A DNA stretch of 64,000 nucleotides from Azolla caroliniana (GCA_043228905.1 JBHGNT010000005.1:17546001-17610000); one strand, 5' to 3'. Positions 28,401-41,100 are shown, numbered from the stretch's first letter. Notes: generated by a model not told the origin, from the letters alone. Numbers and translations are program-made.

Positions 28401-28918
28401 CTCAAAGATTGATCAACCGCCTCATAGAGCTCTTCTCGAATCCAGTTGATTGGGTCCTAGACTTGTTCTCTGGCACAGGTATAATATATATATTTAATTT
28501 CAATCTTGTCAATCAAGTTTAAGACGTTACTTCTTATATATACTTGTTTGTGTTCATGCGACCATTAGGTACAACGACAACTTGTGCATTGAAGATGTTT
28601 AGAAACTGTGTTGCATTGGAGAAGGACCCTGCTCAAGTTAACTTCATCAAAATGAGGATCACAGGAATCTAGGACTGTCCAGATCAGGATCAAGAAGTCG
28701 GAGCAAAACACATCAACGAGACAGAGATGTTCCAGATGACTTCACGAGAACCAATGGAACCAATTGATGAAGAAGCAGGGGAGCTGGTGGACCTGGAAGA
28801 TGTAGCACAGTTTGACCATACATCAGATTCGGGAGAGCTTGGAGATGACACGAATGAAAACAGTCTAGAACAATCAGCGCCAGAGGAGCCTGCTCTGCCT
28901 GATTTGCTTATAGATTGA
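25409..28918 (+). CDS. ParB/Srx-like domain + beta-class N6-adenine/N4-cytosine DNA methyltransferase fusion (~968 aa reconstructed; this copy has 4 premature stops)
   Basis: Exons 25409-25434, 25709-27346, 27429-27567, 27636-28099, 28189-28478, 28569-28918 (GT-AG, 2907 nt, in frame). ParB-like PFLVMVD...YYVIGGSHSAEA...LTHEEAKLLAWDHN. MTase motif IV LLIADIPYG, W-IK..E, NPYQKPQRLINRLIELFS, motif I VLDLFSGTGTTTTCA...RNCVALEKD. Acidic tail. Confidence 0.88.
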
Positions 28919-29644
28919 TGTAGATGGCGTAATGTAAAAATTGAGGATTTTGAGGCATAATGTTCACCATCACTTCATATTATATTTGTATATGAGAACA
29001 TATGTAATTGTTTATCGTTTAATTAAATTCACATGTTCATAATTTCCCTTTTTAATCATTATTGGAACCGTAGTTTGTATTTACATATAATTGGTCACCA
29101 TGCTCTTCTTCAGTTTGAGATATTAACATGATATTGTAATTTCTCATTTCCGTTAGCATGAATGTATATGAAAAGGCGAATGTTTTTGATAATAAGAGGT
29201 TTTTAGTTACCTACGGTTCAAGTCTACTGGTTCCACATAGTATAAATGAATGTCGTACGTAGTTGTTACTCTTACCAATTACATTGTCATGAACTATATG
29301 ACATTATACAATGAAACTATCGATATACCCGTCCAACAAGTGGGGTACTACTTTATTCCTAAACCCAAAACCACATATTTATAATTACGGTTTATGTAGT
29401 TTTACTCTACAATTTGAATATGGATACCAATTTTAGAACTTTATATTGAACCAAGTCTTCAATTGTGCTCCATGATATGCAAATTGACACGAATGTGGAC
29501 ACATATACAATTTAGTAATTGCTAGGTTTTTTATGTTCTATATTTAACCATCAAGTCGCAAAAGGGGTACGCATGCATCGTATATTTTCGATATCGGGCT
29601 AAAATAGGGTACTTTTCTACATCTAGCCAACTATACCAAAAGAG

Positions 29645-29681
29645 AATACGACATATTACCTATTTCAAATGACCCGGTGTT
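29645..29681 (-). repeat. Right terminal inverted repeat (37 bp)
   Basis: aatacgacatattacctatttcaaatgacccggtgtt pairs with 22110-22146. Confidence 0.93.
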
Positions 29682-29999
29682 ACAAAGATGAGTTGGATAC
29701 AAGGTAGGGTTGGAGCTGAAGACTGGTGTTGATTCAAACTAATTTGATATGATCTATTTGTCTCTATTTATAGGTTTCTATAGAATAGCTTAGAGATTTC
29801 TAGAAAGTTCTAGAAAGTTCTAGAAGTTTCTCTGATACAATAATCACTATGAAAAGTAGCATTTATCATTTCACGTCCTGATAGGTTACCTTAATGGTTA
29901 AGCTTCGATTTCGTAACTCGAAGTCCTAGGTTCAAGTCCAGGTGAAGCATAATGTTCATGGATTCATGACACTATCCCTCCTCTTAAAATGACGAGTGG

Positions 30000-32900
30000 A
30001 AGGAGTTGTTAACAATGTAGGGTCGGGTTTGTTGGGATAGTGATGATGGAAGTCGTCGATAAGAGGTTGAGCATTACAAACATTATCAACAAGTTCCCAT
30101 GTGCGATCGCTCGGGTTATACCCTAGCTAATCAACTAGATAATACAACTTATTGGGCACAATCTTAGAATCGAGAATGGAGGCTACCTCGTACTCTGGGC
30201 CATCAACAAGTTGGAGAGGAGGCGGCGGCGGCACGACACGATTGGGAATCAAGCTGGTGTGGCAAGGTTCCATAAGGGAGATGTGAAAGACTGGATGAAG
30301 CCGCAAATTTGCAGGAAGATCAAGAAGGAATGTTGCATCATTAAGCCGCTCCGTGATGATAAAAGGACCCCAACGTTTATAATCTAGCTTATCACATGGT
30401 CGAGTAGTCTTTATATGACAACGTAACAACCATACCTGATCACCAATCTTGAATGGAGACGGAAGACGATGTCGATCTGCATGGGTCTTATGTTGGGCTT
30501 GAGCTTTCTGAAGATGTGAAGACAACTCGGACTGGAGGTGTTGCAGTCGGTGGAGGTGCTGCTCCGCACTAGGGTTTAGTGAGATCACTAGAATGCCCAA
30601 GAGACACCATCGAGGATGGTTACTAGTATAGGCATAGAAAGGTGTGACCTTGGTAGAAGAGTGTATGGTGTTATTATACGCAAACTCTGCATGATGCAAT
30701 ATATGACTCCAATCATCTTGTTGATAACTGATGAAACATTGAAGATACTGCTCAAGTGTTTGATTTGTGCGCTCTGTTTGGCCATCAGTTTCAGGATGAT
30801 ATGATGAAGAGGGTTTGCAAGAGATTCGGAGCCCATTACATAGGTGCTTCCAAAAGTGAGAGATAAATTGCGGACCACGATCACTAATTATGTTGTTTGG
30901 AAGACCATGATGATGAAATACTTCACGCATAATGATATATGTTGTTTCTTGACTACTGATGCTCTTTACGTAGGGAAAAAAATGTGTCATCTTGGTAAAT
31001 TGATCCACTACAGTTAAAATAGCATCAAAACCCTGTGAAGGTGGCAAATCTTTAATGAAATCCATAGAAATTGACTGCCATGGCTTGCTCGGAGTCGGCA
31101 ATGGTTGTAACAACCCATAAGGATGATGCTTAAGCATTTTGGCTCAACAACATGTGTCACATGTGCGAACGTAATCTTCAACAAATTGTTGTAAATGAGG
31201 CCACCAAAATGATCGCTTCACTAGTTCCATGGTCTTGGCAATACCAAATTCTCTGGCCATATGGGCATCATGACAGTGCTCCAACACTCGAAGGTGTGGT
31301 GATCCATTAGGGACATAAAGGACATACTTGTAGAAAAGTAAGTTATCTTGCCACTTGAACTCCTTATATCGTCGAGATGGCCCTGGCAATGCATGATTTG
31401 GACCAAGGTGGGCGAAGACATCCTTGGTAAAATCATCAGAGTGAAGTTGTTGTCGAATAATATCAAGAAGACTTGAATCCAGTGGCGTGGCACAAACCGT
31501 GGTTGCTTGTAGCTTTGCTGGACCAAGGAGAACTTGCTTTTGATTGTCGAAAGCCGGATGTCCAAGGCGAAGTGCCAAATATGAGCATCGAGATAGAGCA
31601 TCTGCTTGCCCTTGTTGTTTCCCTGGGCAGAAAATGATATTGAAATCAAAACGAGTTAAAAATTGGGTCCACCGAGCTTGTCGCCTATTTAGCACTCGAG
31701 TCGTCTGAAAATATGTAAGATTTTTGTGGTCACTATAAATGATGATTTGATAAGGTGAACCTTCCAAGAAATGTTGCCATTGCACAAAAGAGTCGACCAC
31801 AACTAGTAACTCTTTGTCATGCACCTTGTAGTTTATCTCCGCAACATTAAATTTTCTTGGGTGAAACGCGACTGGATGCAACTACCCATCTTCACCTACT
31901 TGTGATAGTGTTGGGATTACGGTCCCTCCGGATGGGATGTCCGGAGATGAATGACGGCAAGCCCGGTTGCGGTTACGGAACCGGATGATGAAGAGTACCC
32001 GGCATGAAGCCGGATGAAGAGTACCCGGATGCGGATCCGGATGATGAAGAGTACCCGGCATGAAGCCGGATGAAGAGTACCCGGATACGGATCCGGATGA
32101 TGAAGAGTACCCGGCATGAAGCCGGATGAAGAGTACCCGGATACGGATCCGGATGATGAAGAGTACCCGGCATGAAGCCGGATGAAGAGTACCCGGATAC
32201 GGATCCGGATGATGAAGACCCCGGCTACGGAGCCGGATGACGAATGTACCCGGAGAGAGATCCGGATGCAGGGACATATTTGTGAATATGTTTGCTAAGA
32301 GCCCTTGAGGCTATATTTGTAAATATCCCGAAAGTCATATATGTATAAATATGACTTAGGGCAAACAGTTTTATGTTGTTGCTTATTTTTCATGAGAAGT
32401 GAGAGCAGCCGAGAGAGAGAGAGAGAGACGAAGAGGTCGTTGCCTCTGTGTATTACCGCCGCCTGTGGCGAGGACAGTGAGCTCAAGGTTGTTGCCTTGT
32501 AGCTTCACCATTGTACATCCCTGTTCATAGTGATAGTTGGAGGTTGAGGACTCCCGTGGTTTTTCCCATTTAGGGTTTTCCACGTAAAACATCCAGTGTA
32601 CCTTTCTCTCTATTGTTTTGTGCTTTTTTTGTATTTACTGTTTTCTGTGAGTTAATCCCATTCCTCGGTTGTGGCCGAGCACTGGTCCGACAGATAGGAT
32701 GCTCCCCAATGCAAAGTTGGATGCATCTGTCTCAATGGTAAATGACTTTTCTGGATCAACATGAGCTAAGATAGGAGTTGATGTGAATGCCTCTTTCAAC
32801 TGAGTAAAGGATTTGTCTGCTTCACGGGTCCAAACAAATGCTTGATTTTTCTTGGTGAGTTGAGTGAGTGGCAATACAATCTTCGAATAATTCCATATGA

Positions 32901-33800
32901 ATTTGCGGTAGAAGTTGGCAAATCCAAGGAAATGGTGGACATCGCGGACGAAACTTGGAGTATGCCATTCCAATATTGTTTTTCGATGGATCCATGATGA
33001 TACCTTTGGATGAAATGGTATAACCCAAGAACTCAACTTCTTTGCAATCAAAACTGCACTTCTCTAGTTTGGCATAAAGACCATACTCTCTTAAGCGTTG
33101 GAGTATCTTCCGCACATGTATATCATGCTCTACATGTGTTCTGGAGTAAATCAATAGATCATCTAAATAGATGATGAGAAAGATATCTAGAAAATCTCAG
33201 AAAATTTCATTTGCCATATGTTGAAACACAATGGGAGCATTTGTGAGTCCAAAAGGCATTGCTGTATACTCGAAATGGCCATACCGAGTGCGAAATGCAG
33301 TCTTCCACTCATCTCCTGGTTGAATACAGACAAGATTATATGCACCCCTTAGATCAATTTTGGTAAAATTCTTTGCCCCACCAATGCGCTCTAAAAGACT
33401 GGAAATTAAAGGTAGAGCATACCTATTTCTTATTGTGACTTTATTTAATCCCTGATAATCCATGACCAAACGAAGTGAGCCGTCCTTTTTCTTCACGAAA
33501 AAGATAGGAGCACCAGTTGGAGACTTTGAATGTCGAATAAACCCACTTACAAGATTCTCATCTATGTATGCTTGAAGAACTTCAAGCTCCTTTGGTGGCA
33601 TATTGTAGATCGGACCCCATGGTGGCTCTTTTCCTGGCTGTAGATCAATGGGACAATCGTATGGCCAATGCTTTGGAAGTACACTAGCTTTGACTTTGTC
33701 AAAGACATCAACATATTCTTGGTACTTTTTAGGAATGTAGACCTTTGACTTCCCTTGAGTGTCACTAGAAGGTGCAACTGATATGGCAAATAAGAATAAA
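30000..33800 (-). pseudogene. Degenerate pol (RT-RH-IN-chromodomain) of Gypsy B
   Basis: KIDLRGAYNLV, EWKTAFRTRYGHFEY, IETDASNFALG, SISMDFI, YHPETDGQTER, EYEVASILDSK; interrupted by solo LTR 31909-32692. Confidence 0.9.
31909..32692 (+). mobile_element. Solo LTR (Copia-like) with internal 56-bp CCGG-rich tandem array
   Basis: TG...CA termini; TSD GATAG at 31904-31908 and 32693-32697; ~4.4 copies of a 56-bp unit at 31981-32225; ggtttttccca..gggttttccac motif like the LTR of J. Confidence 0.88.
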
Positions 33801-33805
33801 TCTTC

Positions 33806-34263
33806 TATTGAGAGATCAAGCTCAACTTAGTTTAGCTCTTTAGTCAACCATGTAACTTCGTAGTTACCTAGATAGAATCTAGTTAGAAGTGTTGACTATA
33901 ACGCCTTAAATAGGACCTTGTACTTAAATGGGATATTCTAGATCCTCCACTCCTAAGTACATTTAATATAGAACTTACACTTTTGTACCTATATTATCCT
34001 CACACATGTGCACCCTTGCACATGAAATGTATATATACTTCATTGTAGGTATTTTTGTATTTGATGATGATGATAAAGCTAATTTAATATAGTTACTCAT
34101 CCCCCGTCTTATGTTGTGCATAAGTGTATCTCTCTCTCTCTCTCTCTCTCTCTCTTCCTCTCTCTCACACACACACACATATCACTTAATCTTCCGCTTA
34201 TCTACTAATCACATAATTAGGTACTAATTAACCCTTGCTTAATTACTTACCTTATTCTTAACA
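33806..34263. mobile_element. Solo LTR (458 bp)
   Basis: TSD TCTTC at 33801-33805 and 34264-34268; termini tattgag...cttaaca; the B pol frame resumes across it. Confidence 0.8.
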
Positions 34264-37200
34264 TCTTCTTTTGCTCCTTCTTGGCATAATTGTTGTAAGG
34301 TGATGGTTGAAATCTGATGAAGAGGAACAACGTGTTTGGTAGAGGGTGAATTGGTAACATTATGGTTTTCAAGAGGAGGATCCTGGGTTCGACCCTTGAC
34401 TATTATGGTTCCTTTTGAAGGGCACCTAATTTCTCATCGTCTCCAATCAATTCTTGGGTTGTGTAGCTCAAACCATGGCAAACCAAGGACTATTGGATGC
34501 TAAGGGCTACGGATTATGTTAAAGGAAACTACACATCCTAGATCACCTAAGAGTATGTGTATCAACTCAGACTCCTCGAATATCTTTCTAGAAGCTATGG
34601 GACGTCCATCAATCACTACTACAGAAACTGGGCAAGGAAGTTTATGCAAGGGTATTTGATGTTTTCGGGCAAATCTCTATCCGTGAAACAAGAATTGGCT
34701 CCAATCTAAGAGAGCTGGGACATGAAGTTGACAACTTGGTGTCCTAACTTGTACTTGTCCAACCAAACGACTCTTATTTTGACCGAACTTATTCGTTTGA
34801 CTCTTCTAATTGGCTTAGGACCTCAAACTTATTGGATAGAGTTGGATTACTAGAATCATTGGTTGGCATAGTTTCGACGATGCTAGACTCATTTCTATTA
34901 TCATAGTTAATGTGATGTACCTGACGTCTCGGTCTGTGTGGGTAGTGAATGATAATATGTCCTGGACCTCCACAATATAAGCATAGTCAATTTGCTCGAT
35001 GATGTTGTTTCTCTTCATCCGATAACGGTCCTCGTCGCTAGGTCATATCAATCTCCATTGGTGTTGGGCTACGTGCTTGCCGTGGAGTTGGGATGGGGCT
35101 ATATTGTTGCCTTGGAGATTGTGTTGTCATTGATGCATAAGTTTGCGTAAATCTTGATCTTGTTTGTTGATGTTGTCGCTCAGACCGACGCTCAAAAAGC
35201 TGATTATCACACCATACTGCTCAGCTAATAGCTTCTATAAGGGATTTTGGATCCTCAGGGAAGGTAAGAAGTAAATTGTTTACATCTCCACGAAGGCCCG
35301 AACGAAACTACTCCATTAGGGCTTGTTCCTCCCTAGGAAAATCACTTGCAATGAGATGAAAATTGACTGCATTCTATTCTAATAAACCCACTCTTCTCTT
35401 ATCAATCCATTCTCCTCTATTCTTCTATTCTCTTATACCTTCCTTCAATTGTTCAATCTCTTGCTTTGTTCTGACAGTTTGATTTGAACTAATTTGATAT
35501 GATCTATTTGTCTCTATTTATAGGTTTCTATAGAATAACTTAGAGATTTCTAGAATGTTCTAAAATGTTATGAACCTAGAATATTCTAGGATGTTCCAGA
35601 AGATTTCTAGAATGTTCTAGAAAGTTCCAGAAGTTTCTCTGATACAATAATCACTATGAAAAGTAGCCTTTATCATTTTACGTCCTGATAAGTTACCTTA
35701 ATGGTTAGGCTTCGAATTTTGTAATACGAAGTCCTGGGTTCAAGTCTAGGTGAAGCATAATGTTCATGGATTCATGACAAATAGTACATGAGAATCATGC
35801 TCTTCTTGAGTCTTCGAATAAACTAGTAGATCATCCAAATAGATGATCAAACAAATATCCAAGAGATCTCGGAATATATCCTTTGCCATGTGCTGGAAGA
35901 CTGATGGCGCATTGGTGAGACCGTATGGCATAACCGTATACTCGAAGTGCCCGTATTGGGTGCGAAAAGAGGGCTTCCATTCATCTCCTGTGTTATGGGC
36001 ATGACCATTTAATATCCCGTGGTGAGAATTTACCGTAGTATTCTATACACGTGGATAAGTGTGAGGGTTAAACGAGAGTGTAAAGAAGGGGAGGATTACT
36101 TTTAATCCTCGGGATTGAGACAACCCATTAGGTCAAGTGTGAACTTGCCCGGGGGCCTTGGGTATCGCTATAAATAAGAGGCCTAGCTACCCTCATTTGA
36201 TCATCTTTTTGACTACATCGAGACTCTGCTCTTGTGGTGGGTCAACTCTTGTAGTGAGCGCGCCAACACCAGGTACGACTCGATGCCACGACGGTGGTAT
36301 GGGACACCGATCGAGGCTCGAGTCCGTCTCGATCCCTTCGCTCGGGGGTGGTCAGGTGGATCGGCACCCTTCTTTCTCTTTCTCCTTTCTATCTATCATT
36401 AGTTTATCCTTATCTTAAGCTTACTTTAGTACCTAGATCTCTAATATTTGGTATCAGAGCTATGTACTAATGTTTCTTTGTTTGTCTTTTGTCTTTTGAT
36501 TGATGGTGATCAATCGATGTGCGGTCGGCCTTGATCCAGACAACGATCAACAAAGAACTTCGGTAACTCTTTCCGTAATTTTTTTTTTTTTCTATTCTCT
36601 CTTCTCCCATCTAATCATGTGTTTAGTTTATATGTCATTTTTTTTCATTAAGTCAATGATGTTGTAGTGGTCTTTAATTGATTACCTAAAACGTTTACAT
36701 ATGTGCACGAGGTCAATATCTCGTTTGACATATAAATAATATGTGATGAGTGTCGTATGCGTACGAGGTTAATACCTCAATTACGTATTACGTTCACGAA
36801 CATATGTTATGTTTGCTTATGAGTTTAATACCTTGATTTGTTGTAAAGGATATGCGTTTGGTCTCATATGCGTAAGAGGTCAATACCTCAATTTCGTATT
36901 ACGATGATCTCTTATTTGTGGATGTTTCGTGTGCGTAGAGGTATATACCTCGATTACGTATCTCGATCACATCATTTGTGGCTATTTAATATAATGATAT
37001 GTTTAATATAGGCATATGTGGTCACGTATATACGTATTTGATCGTATATATGTGATAAGTAAACATATGTGCATATTTGTTATTACGTGATTATATCGAA
37101 AGTTGTCCTTGTCGGGAAAAGGATGTTGGTGGCCGTCCTCACATTTTTGTGAGAATGGCGTTGTCACCATCCCTTTTTCAACAATTTTTGATTGTTGACA

Positions 37201-38141
37201 ACCCCGTTGATGACCTCGATTTCGTTACGTAAAGAAACGCCTATAGCCATAATGATGTTGAGTACCTAGGGCTTGACCCACTTCAAGTGAGGTCGCTCCA
37301 ATGACACACATATCCAACATCCCTCCCTCGTTACATGGATACGATGCCACCATGAGCTCGTTCTTACGAGAGGCATTCATAATGACATGACCATGTGATG
37401 GGTCACGTGGGCCTACTACGAAACGAGGGCTCATTTGGCTTGACCATTAGGTTGCACTTTGGCGTATGCCATCGTAATTACGAGACTTGAGGTTAGGTAA
37501 TGTACCAACATAGTTTTGGTAAATGAGGGCGAAATAAGGACCCTTGACATATATGTTCTTTTAAAAAGAAACATATATGATCAAGTGCCTCACATATCTC
37601 TTATACGCATCAAACATTAAGCATTCAAGAAGAGCAACTTACTTGGTTGGCTCAAGTGTTTAATGTATTTGTTCTCGAGGTCTCGAGTTCAAATATGACC
37701 AAGACCATACAACATCCTTGATACATATGACTATAACACATGTTTAGACTTAAGGTCTAACTGTAGTTCGGGGTCCTTGTAATAGGACTTAAAGAGCCGA
37801 AACCACATATGTGGGCAAAGAAACATAGTTTATTGTTAACATTTTTTTCGTGTATAAACTACTCATGACGCGAACATACATGGTTGAGCCTCGGGGAGCC
37901 GCCATGAAAAAATCGATATAGAGATCAGGGAAAGACATTAAATTGTCACCCCCATGGTTTTTAAAACACCCTTGTGTTACCATAGTAACCTGATCTTGAA
38001 CCTCATCTCATACGTCTAGAGGGGTATTGACGTGAGATCATGATATCGATTAATGTTTGCCCATGATATGTTTACATCACGACATGATGTTATGACTATC
38101 TCTCTGACCTTATCCTATTTCTTTTCCAGAAATAATCTTTA

Positions 38142-41100
38142 ATGGCTCAAATTAACGACCCGATGTCATCCGCTCAAGCGGAAGGAACTCAAGGGAATCC
38201 TCCTGGACAAATGTCCACTGAGATGTATTTGGCACAAATAACCCAATACCTTAGTTTCACTGCTCAACAGATGACCGAACTTCGGCAATCTCAGAGTGCT
38301 CTTGAGGCACGTGTCATTAGTCTACAACTGTGTCGTGCCTTTCGGCTCCGGATCGTTTGCGTGAGTGTCTCGATATGGCCATTCGTCGTTGATTCGTCCA
38401 TAGTCACCTTCAATTCGATGTCATCTTTCATGGTGACCTCCTCAATCAAGTCCTCCTTGCTCTCTTTCACTGCATCAATTATGCTTACCCCTTTTTCACC
38501 CGATGTTTCGGACACTTGTATTCTGAAATCTTCTTCTACACTTGGGTTATTGGCCTTATCCTTTGTCGTTGTTCTTTCGCAAGACAAGAGGGTAGCTTGT
38601 TTTACACCCTCTTCCGTCGCACCATCATGTTGTATTTTGGCCTTCATATCGGCTCCATCGTTTGTCTTCAATCGACCATCCTTCATCGGCCATGTCGTTG
38701 ACAAGATTCTCATCTTCCTCTCATCATGTCTCCGGCATACCCTTTGGACTTCGGCCCAATCTTCGGTAAGACCATTCGTACCTTCATCGTCTTCGAGCTC
38801 GATCCCGATGTCCATCCTTTCTTTTCGATCGATCGATTTTACGAACATTAGGACTTTATCCTCCCCCACCAACCGTTGTTCCCGCTCCGAGAGTTGAGCA
38901 AGACGATGCTCGAACTCTAGGAATGCTTGTGTTGCACTTCGGTGGGTCTTCTCCGATGCCACCCATTTGTCGAATTTTCGCCGATCTTGTCCCTTTGATC
39001 TCTTGTAATCATATGCCTCTCGTAAAGCTTCTTCGAATGATCCCCATGTCGAGTTTTGTTGCCGTATCTTGTGGATTCTCTCTTGTAGCTCATCCGTGGC
39101 CACCCGATTGAAGGATGTCACTTGCAATCCTTCTGGTATCCCACATCGTATCATCTCCGCCTTGTAGTCACGTAGATAGCGTGACACATCGTTTCCGTTG
39201 AATTGTCCGTTTCGTTGTACGAGCCGCTTTACTGCCCTCGTGATCTCCGACATCACTCGTTGTTCTTGTAGCATCCGCTCGAACATCATCATCATCATGT
39301 TCATCGCCTCTTGTTGATTCTCCATCTCCTTGCCACCCGTCTTCACGTCGGGTTCACCAACTGTGTCGTGCCTTTCGGCTCCGGATCGTTTGCGTGAGTC
39401 GGGTGGGAACCGCCGAGGTTTTGGACTAGGAGAAAGAAGAATATGAGATGAGGCTAGTAATGAATAGATTATTAGAAAGAGAGATAGAAATTTCGTGAAT
39501 CCCACGAGTGTATTGTATTCGATTAATCAATATTTAGATAAGAATATGTATTTAGATTGAAAGAAAGATATAAGAAACTTGTGAATCCCACAAGTATAGA
39601 TTATATTATTTTCGTGAATCCCACGATTATATTAATCAGTTGGTGTTTTCGGAAATATATCCAATTTCCAAATATTTCACACGCCTATTACATTGTGCTC
39701 CCCATCCTTATGTAGTGATGGGAGAGACTAAGCATAGTTACATGCTTTTTTTCTAATATGTTCATGCACACTAAATGTGCATGTGATGCTTTTCTAATCC
39801 TTGCTTTTATTTGCTAAATATAGTGCTCATGCACGCTAGATGTGCATGAGTCACTTTTTAGTTGCTTGCGTTTTTCTATAAAATATTCACGCACTCTAAA
39901 AATGCACGATTTACCTTTTAATAAAGGTAGGTGCAAATAAAGCACTTATAGTTATTAAATCTATTTGTAGAACACTAAAGATAAGGTAGCATAATGGTAA
40001 AGTTGAGGTTTGGCTACATGGAGGTACAAGGTTTGAATCTTGCCCTATGCACGTGATAAATATCTTGATATTCTTATTTTATTTATTTATATGTAATTAA
40101 ATCGGTTATATTATTTTTACTTTTTCACGTAGTGTACGAAATACACTACGACAACGTGAGACTAATAGACCTAATGAGCGACAAGGTGAACCTTCATTTG
40201 TCATTAAGCCATTTACAGGAGACAAAAAGGAAAGAACCGAAGAAGCAATCTGCACATGGCTGGGACGATGGGAGTCTCATTTTGAGCTTTATCCCAGGCC
40301 AGATAGTACGAAGATTGCATATGTCGGCCGAGAACTCGGGGGTAAGGCCGCCGCCTGGTGGCATGGGCTCCGTACTATGGGGAAATTGCCCGATACCTGG
40401 ACAGATTTTGTCACGATTTTTAAGGGCCAATTTCTGCAACGTCCCTCTCGAACCGAGGCAGCACAAGCTTTAATGAACCTCTCTAGTAGGAAATTTTCCT
40501 CGCTAGAAGACTATGTTCACCATGCTAGAACCCAAATCCAAAAATCGGGTCTAGAAGGGGACAATTGGTTGATAGCTTGTTTTGTCAATGGCATTCCCAA
40601 TTCGGACTATCACTGGATAGTGCATGATAAGGATCCAAAATCCTTCGAAGAGGCCATTGAAATAGTTCTTCGCTATCAACGCACTTCGAAGAAGGACCAC
40701 AACAAACCCAACGAAGCGTTCGGGACTAAGCAGTCGCAATTCATTGGGAAACGCAAGACACCCAACGAATTCATGGATCGCGATTGTAAGCGACAACATC
40801 CTTTTTGCGTATTCTGCAAAAAGAAGGGTCATACAAAAGGTCAATGTCGAAAGCTCCAACGGAAAGAGCACGACAACAAAGCTAAAGCTGCAGACCATAA
40901 AGGTCAGATTCCTAATGTCCTTCAGGTCTATACACATCATTTAAGTAATTGTCAATGTTCTTTCCCTCACTATGTATTGGGTCCCAATGATTTACTACGT
41001 GCAAACGGGTATATCAATGGATCTCCCGTACAATTTTTATTTGATTCGGGAAGCTCACACAATTTTGTGAATGATCGTTTGGTTCAGATATGGGGAATCC

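Larger units (their letters stand above)
22109..29681. mobile_element. TIR DNA transposon (Sola-like DDD transposase) carrying a ParB-like/DNA amino-methyltransferase gene
   Basis: 37-bp TIRs AACACCGGGTCATTTGAAA(C/T)AGGTAATATGTCG(C/T)ATT at 22110-22146 and 29645-29681 (2 mismatches). Short TSD ACAA at 22105-22108 and 29682-29685 (3-5 bp, ambiguous). Removing the element restores a continuous LTR of B. Confidence 0.92.
21995..35779 (-). mobile_element. Gypsy chromovirus element B (Tcn1/Tf1-like) inserted in the RT of A
   Basis: TSD AATAG at 21990-21994 and 35780-35784. 3' LTR 21995-29971 is split by the DNA transposon; PPT 29972-29985; rearranged 5' LTR 35371-35779. IN+chromodomain 31137-~30000, RH/RT 33789-31144, PR/gag 35370-34264. 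Confidence 0.9.

Noticed and set aside
25409-28918. Bacterial contamination or prophage as the source of the methyltransferase
   Set aside because: The gene has spliceosomal introns and lies within TIRs inserted in a plant LTR with a target duplication.
22112-29679. Classifying the DNA transposon as CACTA because of internal CACC...GGTG ends
   Set aside because: The TIR extends beyond CAC, there is no TSD at those positions, and the transposase motifs are Sola-like rather than Transposase_21.
31981-32225. CRISPR-like array
   Set aside because: Head-to-tail repeats without unique spacers, inside a eukaryotic LTR, with no cas genes.
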